Assembly: GCA_951406725.2 (NCBI GenBank)
Contig: OX597822.1
Location: 84,506,001-84,570,000 of the forward strand
Reading direction: 5' to 3'
DNA from: Octopus vulgaris
Lineage: Eukaryota
Length of the DNA stretch: 64,000 nt
Shown: one piece after another, positions 41,241 to 55,402 of the stretch
Layout of the letters: each line of letters starts with the position of its first letter
Numbering within the stretch: the stretch's first letter is position 1
Translations under genes and position numbers: made by a program
The notes under the pieces: model-generated
Databases searched by the model: none
Told to the model about the DNA's origin: nothing
Seen by the model: the letters and a program-made list of their open reading frames with translations, nothing else

Positions 41241-41761
41241 TGAAGCTGGTTTTAATTGCTACATGATTATTTTAATGCATCATCTAGAGGTGGATATAAT
41301 TGCAATAGATAAAGAATTTTTGTTGTATGGTATTTGATAAACCTGTATTTGTCTATGTATGTATACTTGTATGTGCGTGCGTCTGATGTATGCATGCATG
41401 CGTATATCTTTTATATCTTTTTACTTGTTCAAGTCATTTGACTGCGACCATGCTGGGGCGCCGCCTTGAAGAACTTTTAGTCGAATAAATCGATTCCAGT
41501 ACTTACTTTTCTTTTGAGCCAGGTATTTTTTCTTTTGAGCTCTTTTGCCGAACCGCAAAATTACGGGGACATAAACACCCCAACACCGGTTGTGAAGCGG
41601 TGATGAGATCCATTTTTGTCACTCCAAAATTATAGTTGTTTTTCTCTTAGTTTATTTCTGCTACAATAGTGGTAGCATGGAATCCTTTCATTCTCTAGCT
41701 CTGATAAAATATTTGCGAAAAATTGTATTAGGATATCCTGTCTGTTGAAAATCCCTATTTT

Positions 41762-41848
41762 TGCAACTGAAGATGGCGCTGTATTTTAAATTGATGTAAT
41801 GCTTGCATTGTTCGATTTAATGGAGCCGCTTGAAACGGCCGTATTGCA
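41762..41848 (+). ncRNA. Minimal type I hammerhead ribozyme-like motif
   Basis: tgcaa-CTGAAGA-(58 nt)-GAAA-cggccg-TA-ttgca: 5-bp stem I, canonical core, palindromic stem III; stem II poorly defined. Confidence 0.55.
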
Positions 41849-41879
41849 TTAATACCTCGACATCCTTGTTACTTATTTG

Positions 41880-41957
<78 letters not shown>

Positions 41958-42190
41958 TATACATATATATACATACATACATACATATATATATGTACAC
42001 ACACACACATATATATATTTATATTCGACGGGCTTCTTTCAGCTTCAGGCTATAGCAGAAAACTCTTGCCCTAGGTGCCACGCAGTGGGACTGACCTGGA
42101 ACCATGTGGCTGGGAAGCAATCTTCTTGCCACACAGTCACGACTACACATACATTATAAACTTATATATAAACACGGACACTCGTACGCG

Positions 42191-42252
<62 letters not shown>

Positions 42253-42577
42253 TTGCCGTTATTCTTGTTGTTCTCTTTGTGCCCGCCGCTGCTGCTGTTG
42301 TTGCTGCTGTTGCTGTTGTAGGTAATATCAGTATCACTATGAGCGGCGAACAGTGATTTCGTTGTTATTATTGTCATCTCTGATCTTGTTGTTGCTGTTG
42401 TTGTTGTTGTTGTTACTGTTTGTTGTGGGAGTTGTAAGGGTGGGGGTGAGGGTGAGAATGGGGGTGGGGGGTGGGGGGTAGCCGTTGTATCCCCGGAAAA
42501 AAAACAAGTTCCATCAACTTTCAACATTGATGTAGTCTGAAGATAAGCATGATAGTGGCATTGATAAAGTTATACAT

Positions 42578-42641
<64 letters not shown>

Positions 42642-43124
42642 TTATATACACACACACACATACACAAATGCATTCATAATACAAAAGGGTAGATAGATAT
42701 ACTCAGAATCACGGATTTTTGTGTGTGTGTGCGTGTGTTTGTGTTTGCGTGTGAATGTACGCATACATACATGCATGTATGTATGTATGTATGTATGTAT
42801 GTATGTATGTATGTATGTGTGTGTGTGTGTGTTAGTGTATATCTATCTGTTTATAATGTACATATATATGTACAAGCGTGTTTGGTATTCGCAAATGAAC
42901 GCATGAACGCCTACACACGTACGTACACACGCGATCGGCATTCGTACGTACCACGCGAGCCAGTACAGGGTCTTACATATGCAAACCAGCATTCACACAA
43001 ACACATACATGAAAATGCATACTTTCACACACACACAATCACAGTCATATACATATATGTAAAAATTCAATACACGGCATATGAAAAAGCCCGTTACTTA
43101 AACATACACACACACACACACACA

Positions 43125-43191
<67 letters not shown>

Positions 43192-43356
43192 TAAAACGGT
43201 AAGATAACAAAAGAAAGAAAGAGACCTCAATATTATGTAAATAGAGGAAATTTATCTATACAATAATATGTTACATTACTCGATAGTCAAGATAAAACTC
43301 TGAGTTTCAGATGCCGAAGTAGAAATCCACAACACCATCTCTTCGGTTATCTAGCC

Positions 43357-43419
43357 AGATAACCGAAGAGATGGTGTTGTGGATTTCCACTTCGGCATCT
43401 GAAACTCAGAGTTTTATCT
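43357..43419 (+). ncRNA. Hammerhead-like motif, right arm of palindrome (mirror copy on minus strand at 43290-43352)
   Basis: agataa-CCGAAGA-gatg..catc-t-GAAA-ctcagag-TT-ttatct: 6-bp stem I, 4-bp stem II. Confidence 0.55.
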
Positions 43420-43439
43420 TGACTATCGAGTAATGTAAC

Positions 43440-43524
<85 letters not shown>

Positions 43525-43594
43525 CTGTAATATGATATGTGACAATTATTCGGTAGCCATAATAAAACTCCGAGTTTCGGATGTCGGGGTGGAA

Positions 43595-43642
43595 AACTCC
43601 GATGAAGGGATATAATAAATATCCCGGAAACAGCTGTAAGAC
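43595..43642 (+). ncRNA. Hammerhead-like motif
   Basis: CCGATGA-a-gggatat-aataa-atatccc-g-GAAA-cagctg-TA: 7-bp stem II, palindromic stem III; stem I only 2 bp. Confidence 0.5.
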
Positions 43643-43869
43643 CTTCTCTTTATAAATGTTCTGAAATTTTTCACAGCCTTGGGTTTTTATCTCTTTCTGT
43701 TAATTTTTTTTATATATATGCATGCTGATATATGACCTACGTTGGACTCCTCATTCGCATAATCACCGAACCTGGAGCTTAACTATAGTCTGTCCATAGC
43801 ACTTACTCAGCATTACCTGACACCTTTGGATCTTCTTGACACCATTACCTCTCATAACCTATCTATCTA

Positions 43870-44271
43870 TCTATATATATAAACGGAAAAATGTCTGTCT
43901 GTGTGTGTGTGTGTCCTTTATACAAATCCACAATTTTTCAGTTAGAGGGCTCGCACTTTCTATGGTTATTCAAAACCGTCCAAGTGTGGTCGTGCACATC
44001 TTTACATTACCCCAGTCACCCCGCAAAGCCATTAAAAAGTCAATAGAAGTGACTTTTTAAAATTTTTTATCTAGTTTCAGCTCACGAGCAGTGGCCATGC
44101 TGGTGCACCTGTGAATTTTCAATCCAAAACCCAATCAAAATGCCCGAAACTTGATACGCCAATTGGATGCCAGCTAGCTGTATGTGATTGGTCGCAGATT
44201 TGGACAGTACTCGCGTGTATGTGTGCATGCACGCAGCCGTATATGCATGCACTAGCCGGGTCATAGTGCTA

Positions 44272-44272
<1 letters not shown>
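43870..44272 (+). mobile_element. Non-autonomous Helitron
   Basis: Starts TC-tatatatataaacgg like 20586-20967; ends ccgggtcatagtg-CTAG then T in (TA)n. Confidence 0.65.
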
Positions 44273-44353
<81 letters not shown>

Positions 44354-44509
44354 TAATATAAAGGTGTCAGATCTTGTTTACACGTGGTTGTAGATATTTA
44401 AGAACGAAAAATATGTAAAAATGCACAGGAGGTATGTATAATAAAATTTATGCGAATATTAAGAAGATCATAATGGAACAAAGAGTTGTATTATACTATA
44501 TAATAAACT

Positions 44510-44548
44510 GGGATTACCGGTTTCGCGTCTTACGCTTATCAAACTTCC
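44510..44548 (-). ncRNA. Degenerate hammerhead-like motif
   Basis: TTGATAA-gcgt-aag-acgc-GAAA-ccgg-TA; two core substitutions. Confidence 0.4.
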
Positions 44549-44935
44549 AAGGTAAGTCATGGGGGCGCCATACACATATATAAGGAGTCGAACTACGCAT
44601 TCCTCACTTGCGTGGTTGTCGTATTACCGATTACGACATGTGGACATAAACATACAACAACCATAGAAGTAACTATTATGAATGTATTTGTCCTGGATTA
44701 CCTTAGCGATTTCGTCTTCTCTAATATCCTCCAAGAATTCCTGATAATATAACAGCTATATAGCCACCAGTAGAGATAGTGTGGACCAATTAGCGTCTGA
44801 CACAGTTTAATCTCTGACTGGAACGAGAATTCTGGTGTATTTACGACGAAAGGAAACTCTAGTATAGGAGAAGTAATTAGCTATATCGTGAATGGATGTC
44901 TTCTTTTTGTAATTCACGTGTGTTTGTGTTTGCGA

Positions 44936-44973
<38 letters not shown>

Positions 44974-45032
44974 GTATATGTATGTTAATGAATTAACATA
45001 AAATTAGCATATAAATTAATATATATACGCGT

Positions 45033-45090
<58 letters not shown>

Positions 45091-45144
45091 GTTTGTATAA
45101 ACATTACACCAAGTGTTGCGCTATTTCATGGTACGTCAGGTAAG

Positions 45145-45182
45145 TACCTGATGTGCCATGAAATGGCGAAACTCGAGTTGTA
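45145..45182 (+). ncRNA. Hammerhead-like motif
   Basis: tac-CTGATGT-gcca-tgaaa-tggc-GAAA-ctcgag-TT-gta; one core substitution (A9 to U). Confidence 0.5.
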
Positions 45183-45196
45183 AAGTGATACTGTAG

Positions 45197-45227
<31 letters not shown>

Positions 45228-45527
45228 GAGTATATGTGTGTATGTATGTATGTATGTATGTATGTATGTATGTATGTATGTATGTATGTATGTGTGTCAT
45301 TATTCAGTTTTATTTCAAGATTTCTTGCCAATAGAGAAAGAGTCGAATATATATGTATGTATTTATGTACCACCCTATACAACTTTCGGTATATCGTTAT
45401 GAAGAGTTTGGTTACTGTGCCTACTTTCTGCTAAGAAAAAGAGTTTTATTTCACTATTGGTAAACCACTATACTCCGGTTAAAGTCACATTCTTTCCCAC
45501 TTTTTAATCTATCTATCTATCAATTTT

Positions 45528-45609
<82 letters not shown>

Positions 45610-45675
45610 ACTCTGTATGTGTGTGTGTGTGTCTCTCTCTCCCTCTCTTTCTCTATCTGTTTGTCTATATGTGTG

Positions 45676-45733
<58 letters not shown>

Positions 45734-45979
45734 TGAAGTAGATGAAACAAAGGCGACTGAAGAAGGGGAATTTTCCTTGTTTTGTATGTCCTGTACTCTA
45801 TTTTTTCGTTGTTTAAGAAAAATGTCCATTTCCTTGGTTTTGTGTTTATGCTTTCGTTTCTCATTGTGCTCGACGTTTTTTTGGTGTCCTGTACCCATAT
45901 ATGCATGTATACATGTAGAGGAAGGTATGTACATATATGTATATATATATGCATATGTTTTATTTATTAATTGATTTAT

Positions 45980-46031
<52 letters not shown>

Positions 46032-46466
46032 AAATTCTCCTGTCGAAGACGACGTATGAATGTCCAGCTATTGCCGAACGACCTGCACAAACGATTTGTT
46101 TATAATGATCAAAGGAATGTGCCGCTCATTAGCTCACTCTCTCCATCAAATCGACAACTTTGTCTGAACAGGTGCACGGTGTGCCACGCGTCAGGTGTGA
46201 CCGGAATGCAACCTGAGATGAAGCGTTTGGCTCCAGGACACAACGCACTACACAACGGTCTTGGAATTGAAACCACGATCTTGCGATCGTGAGTGAAAGA
46301 CTCTCACCGCTAGGTCATGCATCGGTCACACATTCTCACATGTAATATACATGCGCATGCGCACACAAGTAATATACGTTAAACGTATATTAATAATTAG
46401 CAATTACATTTGTTAACACATATACTATACACCTAAAAACACTAATTTATAAAAAAACGTTCTTAT

Positions 46467-46546
<80 letters not shown>

Positions 46547-46672
46547 AAGTGTATGTGGGTATGTGAGCGTGAATGTTAGTGTGTATATACGTGTGTGTGT
46601 ATGTGTTTCTGTATGTGAGTGTGTGCGTATTATTTCAGTTGTCACACATACATACATATATACATACATACA

Positions 46673-46704
<32 letters not shown>

Positions 46705-46742
46705 CATATATTTATACATACACATATATATATATATATATG

Positions 46743-46829
<87 letters not shown>

Positions 46830-47807
46830 ATACAAACACATGCACACGTATACATTTCTATCTCTCCATCTCTCTCATTTACCCCCGTCCCCCCTATATA
46901 TGTGTGTATACACATGCATATATATGCATGTATATGAATGTATGTATGTATGTGCATATATGTACATCTGAATGTATGTGTACGTTTGCGAGTGTATATG
47001 TGCCTGTGTGTATGGGGTGTAGCCGTTCATATATTTCCAGTTCTCTTTTTTCCCCTCTTCACGATGTGATCTGTTGATAGACAGTTGCATCAGCTGACAC
47101 AGCATCACGTTATCATTTCATCAAGTCTTTCATATCCTTGCCAAACCCTAGCCCTTCCTTATCCGTCCGTCTGTTCGTCCGTCCGTCCGATTTCAGATCC
47201 TATGTCTGATCAAATATTTATTTACCACCCTACGCATTTATTTACATGTTGTTTATCTCCCTAAACACCACATAGAGAGATTTTTGTCGACTAATTGCCC
47301 AGATAATCTCAGTTAATCAAGGTCTTCTACTCACCATGTTTCACCTTAGACACCCTGCCCTATGTCTGTTGGTATGACTGTGGGTATTGCTTTTTTATTA
47401 TTTTACTGCGTTCAACCATTGAATTTAACCTTCTATATTAAGTCTCATCTTCAGGATGAAGTGATGTTGGAGTGTATTGTTGGTTATTTATTACTGGAAG
47501 ACTCTATGTGATAGTTGAAAATTCATAGACGTCTGTGTATCATAGGTAACGTAAATAAATCGTCATATGCAAATTTAACTTCGGTATTCGTCCGGAGAAA
47601 ATATGCATTATGGACGGGCTGTGTTTAAAAACACATGTGTCAATAACAGACGAAAATCGTTGAACACGGTGGCGAGAATGCTAGATGAGCATTTCTGCCC
47701 TACTAAGCTTCGTCAGTAGCATTTATTCACTAGATTTATATGTCATTAGTCAGGAATGTATTTTCGTTTGTGACTTGTATATGTCTCTGTGTTTATTGTG
47801 CCATGTG

Positions 47808-48130
47808 AAGGCGAGTGGATTAGTGGTTACGGCATTCGGCTCACGATCGTAAGGTCGTCAGTTCGATTCCTGGCCTCGCATTGTGTCTTTGAGCAAGACA
47901 CTTTATTTCACGTTGCTCCAGTTCACTCAGCTGGCAAAAATGAGTAGTACTTTTATTTGAAAGGGCCAGCCTTGTCACACTCAGTGTTACGCTGAATTTC
48001 CCTGAGAACTACGTTAAGGGTACACGTGTCTGTGGAATGCTCAGCCACTTGCACGTTAATCTCACAAGCAAGCTGTTCTGTTGATCGTATCAGCTAGGAC
48101 CCACGTCATCGCAACCGATGGAGAGCTCCT
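47808..48130 (+). mobile_element. SINE family C
   Basis: tRNA-like head tggattagtgg...cagttcgattcc, gtgtctttgagcaagacac core. Confidence 0.8.
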
Positions 48131-48858
48131 TTATTGTGTTGTACATTCAGTAATCCTCTCATCACTAAGCGTCTAATTTCTGTGTGGAATTGTGCTTCGA
48201 TGTTTTATTCCTCACATGATTGCCCTGTCTACTTTTGTTAGTGTTTGGAAATTGAAGATTCCTCTTGTGAATGTTGACTTGGTGTATTTGTAGGCAAAAA
48301 TAACAATTGGAGTCAGGAGGTTTTAGCATTCAAGTTTGCAATCAAATCTATAAATCATATTGGCCATTTATGCACACACACACGCATCCCCACCTCCCAC
48401 ACGTACATAGATACATACATACATACATACATACATACATACATACATACATACATACATACATACATACATACATTATTATGGCTGCCCCCTCGTCATC
48501 GAGTATGGCCATTGCACGAAGCTTAACTGTTACTGGTGCTGTGATCGAATGTGACTTTTTAGTCCAGCTAAAGATCTACAATGTCTTGTACAAAATTGGC
48601 AACTAAAACCTTTACTGGTAATAGCCGGCTGTACTTGTAACTGGGCTTCATGTACCTTTTACATCCTTATGCTGTGTCTCCTTATTCTCCTTTGCAGTTT
48701 GACAAATATGAGACTAAATTAAATCCCAGGGTCGATACAATTTCCGTAAACCTTTCAAGCCCTTGTCCTTCAATGGCCGCGCTCTAATGACTTTCATTAG
48801 TAAAAGAATGAAAGAATCAAGTAATATATATGTTAACATATGTTCTTTTATTCTCAGT

Positions 48859-49368
48859 CAGTGGACCGCAGCCAAGCTGGGGTACCATCCCAAGGGGTTT
48901 AGTCCAAGGGTCAGAAAACTTCTTTTATGATTTAACCCTTCATGGAATTGTTGATGTCTTATCGACTCCTCACACCTCATCATGTAAACTAAAATTAAAA
49001 AATATACCCACTGCACTAATATTCTTAGGAGGCACATAAAGCTTCTTTTCAAATAATCCTCCAAGCAACGCAGAATTGTCTCCCCTTTTCTTTCAGCGTT
49101 CAGGTAATTAGCAAACAAAATTTCCTCAACAATTCGCTTTCAGATCTGGTCATTCCACCTCACAAAAGCCATAATAATATTTGAATTACTGAATATTTAT
49201 TTATTGACTTCGATAAAAATGTTACACTGCTGAAGCTCTGAATCCAGAGTTTTCTCTCCAGCAACGGTCACTTCGTCAATATGTCGACGCACTGTCCTTT
49301 CATTTAAAGGTATGCATCTAAAAATAGGCTGAGAGTCTTTCTTCATAACAGTTTCAATTATATCTCTA

Positions 49369-49456
<88 letters not shown>

Positions 49457-49467
49457 TAATAATAATG

Positions 49468-49501
<34 letters not shown>

Positions 49502-50807
49502 TAATAATGATGATGATAATAATAATAATAATGATAATAATAATAATCAATAGAGCAAAAAATTGGTACGACCACAAACCTGAAGGCATCGTCGAAAATA
49601 GAAAAGCAAAGATCCTATGGGATTTTATGATTCAGTGCGACCATAGAGAATAGGAAGCTAGGCATAGTCTTAATTGAGAAGGAAAACAAACTATGCTGGA
49701 TCATAGATATAGCATGCCCAGCTGACAACAAGGTATGCGATAAGGAAGAAAGAAAAGTCGTGAGATATGACAGGTTAGCTTGGGAGGTTAAGCAGTTGTG
49801 ATCGTTGAAAAAGGTAGCAGTGGTACCAATAATGGGAACAATGAGCAAAAATCTCGAGAAGTACGTGGAACAAATAGGGGTTGCAATAAGGGTAGAGCAC
49901 TTGCAGAAAACAGCATTGCTTGGGACCGTTCAAATACTCCTGAAGGTGCTCGAAAAATAAGAGGTGTTACTTTAGTTTACTGGTAGTGAACAGCTGACAC
50001 CGTAGTCCATCTCCAGCGCTAGACGCTGTACAAAGGCAATGATAATAATAGTAATAATATCTTCACCAATGGTGTGTGATCTTTCTTTCTATGCTATTAA
50101 GAGAAATGGTGTATGATACCTTCAACCCTCCTACATAATCACTTCTGGTGGTGTTTTCTTTTTAAATGTTGAATTCGGCCATTTTGTAGTCTTTTCTTTC
50201 ATTGTACTAAAAAAATGATTTTTTTATTTTAGTCAATTCTTTCGAGAGGGTCATTCATTTTTGCAGGCTTCATGGCTTCATTACTGAAAGTCTTTCACAT
50301 AACAAGCACATAGGCATCGTGTTGTTGCTAAACGATGATATAAATCCAAATTTTAATTACTCTTGCAAATCTGGCCGACGCTTTTTCTTACCAAAAACCT
50401 CAAAATAAAACAAAGCAAAAACAAAAGGCAAAGAGTGAATCCATAGTTGCCGAGCAACTGAAACCACTCTATTGTAAATGGTCAATGGACACTCGATAGT
50501 ATTGAGCGTCTCTTTTACGATGTCTTCATTTCTTCATGAAAAGTTTGTTGTAATTCTTTACTGTTCCGCCAACTAGCTTGCTGGTGCTTCATCCTTTATG
50601 GCAGCAACCTGATAAGGCATTTTGAATTTCCTTCCACCTTTTATTTCTGATGGACCTTTTTAAAACCGAATCTTATTCATGTTTAGACGAACAGTTCATA
50701 CATAATTCAGCACCCTGAATGATAGAAAATCGTTTCGCGTGTTTGTCGACCCCTTGGATAGCCGCATAGAACTGTAGGGGTCAATACTGATCGATTTACC
50801 AATCCCT
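48859..50807 (-). mobile_element. hAT (Buster/Charlie, ZBED5/SCAND3-like) transposon remnant
   Basis: Minus strand LKFGFI..PMCLLC..FSNEAMKP zinc finger, HTIGED, IPLNERTVRRHIDE, ILRCLEDYLK; cagtgg / ccctg candidate termini uncertain. Confidence 0.8.
49548..50037 (+). mobile_element. 5'-truncated R4/Dong-clade LINE nested in the hAT transposase
   Basis: WYDHKPEGIVENRKAKILWDFMIQCDH, WIIDIACPAD, VVPIMGT, LQKTALLGT; flanked by (TAA)n on both sides. Confidence 0.85.
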
Positions 50808-51325
50808 GTAAGTATTTTAAGCCTGGTACTTAATCTATCAGGTCGTTTTGTTGAACCGCTATGTTATGGGGACGTAAACAAACCAATACCGGTTGTTCAA
50901 GAACAAACTCAAAAACGCGTACACACATACAAATCCACAGATATATACGACGGATTCTCACACAGTTTGCGTTTACCAAATTTATCCATAAAGCATTGCT
51001 AAACCTGGGGCTATAGTAAAACTTTTTTGCACAAAGTGCCTTGCATTAGGACTGAAACCGAAGCCATTTCGTTGCGAAGTAAATTCACCACACAGCTGTA
51101 TGTCATTGCTTGAAAAACCATCTGTACATCTCTCTCTCTCCATCTCTCTCCCTTTCTCAATCTCTCCACCTAAATATGTGCAATTTTCAAACTACAATTG
51201 CTCTGAAAAGCGAAACCGGGATTCTGCGTTTTACATTTCAACTGAACACTACACATTATACTCTCTTTCTCTCTTTCTCTCTCTCTCTCACTCACTCTCT
51301 CTCTCCCTCTCTCTCTCTCTCCCTT

Positions 51326-51370
<45 letters not shown>

Positions 51371-51443
51371 GTATTTATATATATATTGCGGGTCTCTATT
51401 TGTACTGAGGGCTTTCTTTAGGTTTATATTGTTTTACAAATGT

Positions 51444-51501
<58 letters not shown>

Positions 51502-51987
51502 GCACACACATACTCATACAAATATACGGTTGTACACACATGTAAATTAATAGGCACGTATACTATGGCAGGCAAAGACGTGCATATACTCACAAATAAA
51601 ATCACCAGAGTTGCCTCATTACGTCACTATCGTCACAGATACCACAACAGAGAAAGACATCAATGTCACACAATTTCATTCCCGAGAGCCATTTGCGGGC
51701 GGTTATTCTTTCTTCTCCCATTCCCTTTTTTTCTCTCTTACGACAAACTCTTTGTTTCTATTCGTTTTCCTTTCATAACATTTTTCATATTTCTGTCTTC
51801 CTTTCTTTTTTAATTACTATCTCTGTCAGCCTCTCTCCCTCTCTCTCTCCCCCTCCCTCTCTCTCTCTCCCCTCCCTCTCTCTCCCCCCTCCCTCCCTCT
51901 CTCTCCCCTCCCTCTCTCTCTCCCCCTCTCCCTCCAGTTTATTTCTCACCTTTCTTCGTTTGTCCCAATTCGCCGCTTAAAAAATTA

Positions 51988-51989
<2 letters not shown>

Positions 51990-52018
<29 letters not shown>

Positions 52019-52085
52019 CTTCTTCTTCTTCTTCTTCTTCTTCTTCTTCTTCTTCTTCTTCTTCTTCTTCTTCTTCTTCTTCTTC
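51990..52085. repeat. (CTT)n microsatellite
   Basis: Direct inspection. Confidence 0.95.
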
Positions 52086-53475
52086 CTATATTACCTCTCA
52101 CTTCCACCTCTCCCCTCCCTCAAAGTTTATTTTACACCGTAAATGTTTGTTTTAAGATCTGTGACTATGATATCTTGTCCTGATATCTTTTTTATCTCAT
52201 TAAGTCCCCAAACGACCCCCTTACCATCCCCTAATCTCAGTTCCCCCACCTTCTCTCAAGCCTATCCCATTCCGCACCCCTCCAACTCTCTTTATTGGGG
52301 ATAATTTATACATATGCATACACCAACATATCCTCATAATCACGCACACACACACACAAACTCACACACACACACACACGCGTGCACTCATGTTTATGAC
52401 TATATTAACTAGCATATACATGTATACATCTAAATATGTGTGCATGTATACGCACACACACACACACATTCACTCATTCACACACAGACACACACACAAA
52501 CACACATTCACACACACAAACACAAACACAAACACACATACGCGCGCTCGTACATATATATTCGTACACGTATGCATACATACATCATATATATGCTTAA
52601 ACATCTACCTAGCATCTAATCTACACGCCTTGAACTGATATTAAAAGAGAGTCAGAAGGGATTTAAAATATGTTTTCGTAAGAATTGTGGCATTAGCACG
52701 TTAAAAAAATCCAATCTGCTTTTAACTGCAAATAGACTTCTTATAGTTAAAAAAAACAAACATCGAATATTTTTCTTTATGCTGGAATAAGAAAACATTG
52801 CAAATGAGAGATGTCAAACGTCTCAAGAAAGCAAACTCTAATCTGGCTATTGCTAGTAAGGCTATGCTTCGCTAAAGAGTTATAATAAGATAGGAACATG
52901 TACGCAATTGTCATCATATTTGTCAGCGCTCCAAGAGTGACCCCATTGTGCTTCGCATTCTGTTTTTGATGAATTTAAATTTTGTAGTTTTCTCCCCTTG
53001 TTGCATTGCTCTCAAATAATCATTAAGTTCATGGGAGTTTCCCCCTTTTCATTACGTGAATATTTTCAGTAAATAAAAATGTTTTCGCTCTCTGCATTAA
53101 GTATGTCAGCACGCAATTGAATTACGTGATATTCTTACCGATAACTTTTATCTTTTATTCTGCGGCCACGCTGGGGCATCGTCTTGAAGTATTTTAGTCG
53201 AGCAGATCAATCCCTGTACTTATTTTTCAAAGTCTGGTACTTATTTCATCGATCACTTTTGTTGAACTGCTAACTTGCGGGGATGTAAACAAACCAACCC
53301 CGGTTGTCAAGCGTGTTTGTAGCGGGCAGACGCGCACACAGAGATACACACATAACTATGTGCGTATATATATATATATATACATATATATAATGCGTCC
53401 AAACATACACACACATAAATATACATACATACATGCATATACATACATATACATACATACATGCATACTTACACG

Positions 53476-53519
<44 letters not shown>

Positions 53520-54361
53520 AAATGGAACAAAAACGCAACAGAGGGCATTAAAACGTTCGGACAGATAGACGATACAAAGGCGGACAAGAGAAACAACAAT
53601 TAGGACAGGCAAAAAAAGACGGGTCATTCTTCGATTTCTTTCCTCAGTCAAGTCCCAGAAGTCACGACTATTTCGGGCAGTTACACTTGAGATGGCTCAA
53701 TCTGGTTGCCCCCACCCCCAAAGTCTAAGCTAAGAGCACTAGACCCCCACTGCAAGAAAGCCAGCGAACGTGTGCGGCAGCATACGTGGCGTTCAATTAA
53801 ATTATAATATAAATAATATATATATACGACGGACTTCCACACAGTTTCCGTTAACCGAATTTTACTGAGATGGCTTTGGTCGACCTCGAGCTATAGCAGA
53901 TGACACATACCCATGGTGCTGCCTAGTTGGACTGAACTCAATACCACGTGCTTACAATGCTCCTTGATCACTTAGCCATGTCTGCGCCAACAGTTGACGG
54001 TTGACGAAATACCAAGAATAACATAATATTTATTTATTAGTATTAATCTTGTGTTTAGAGATGAAAACCGTTCCATATTGAACACTTGCGATCCATTGCG
54101 TTAGAGATAAAATAAATAAGAACGTCTTTACCGTCACCTTAGAAATAAAGATTTTGGGTTCGAATCTTAGTTTGTTGCTATGTGCTAATCCAAGCGTAAG
54201 TTACTTGACGATCGGAGAGATAGTCGGTCAATGTGTAGAGTAGAAGTAAATATTGGAAATATCTTTCGCCTCCAATGATGAGGTCAGAAAATTATTAAGT
54301 GGCATACACGTTAATAAAGGGTAAAACGGGAGGAAACCGTGGATGAGTATAGCATCGAAGT

Positions 54362-54734
54362 CGTGGCGCTCCGTCGGTTGCGACGACGAGGGTTCCAGTT
54401 GATCCGATCAACAGAACAGCCTACACGTGAAATTAACGTGCAAGTGGCTGAGCACTCCACAGACACGTGTACCCTTAACGTAGTTCTTGGGGAGATTCAG
54501 CGTGACACAGAGTGTGACAAGGCTGGCCCCTTTGAAATACAGGTACAATAGAAACAGGAAGAAAGAGTGAGAGAAAGTTGTGGTGAAAGAGTACAGCAGG
54601 GTTCGCCACCCCCCCTGCCGGAGCTTTAGGTGTTTTCGCTCAACAAACACTCACAACGCCCGGTCTGGAAATCGAAACCGCTATCTTATGGCCGCGAGTC
54701 CACTGCCCTAACCACTGGGCCATTGTGCTTCCAC
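54362..54734 (-). mobile_element. SINE family C
   Basis: Matches 47808-48130 inverted; 11-bp duplication agcatcgaagt at 54351-54361 and 54735-54745. Confidence 0.85.
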
Positions 54735-55211
54735 AGCATCGAAGTAATATGAACATAAAGACATTCCCCCTTGTTTCCAGTTCAGGGCACAAAAGGGGTT
54801 TTGTTATAGAAGTGTGAAACCGTTACTGTTGCAATTGACTCCGTATTGTCGAGGGACCGATTTCTTTAAAACAGAAAAAGGAGAAATTAGTAGATAGAAC
54901 GTGAGAAACTAAATAATAAAGTGCTTTTAGTGTAGTACTAAAATAGCTTGACTTCATCTTATTCTGCCAGAAATAGCTAAATCTTCAAATCATATCTTAT
55001 TGCGTTAAAAAAAAAAGGACAAATTAAATCATGTATTCATATGCCTTAAAAAAAAAATCAACAAAAATTATCGACGGGATTTTTAAGAATATTATTGAAC
55101 TGATTTGTCAAAGGAGATCGATGTTGGTGCGGCATGAATTAAAATGATAAACATTGATAGATAAGTCATTGCTTGAAGGATCAGTTTCCTTGCCATCTCA
55201 TGGTAAACATA

Positions 55212-55371
55212 GGCGCAGGTGTGGACAAGTGGTAGGAAGTTTGCTTCCCAGCCATACGGTTTTGGGTTCAGTCCCACTGTGTGGTACCTTGGGCAAGTGT
55301 CTTCTACTATACCCTTAGGTGGAATAAAACGTTGTCTGTGAATTTGGTAGATGGAAACTGAAAGAAGCCTG

Positions 55372-55402
<31 letters not shown>

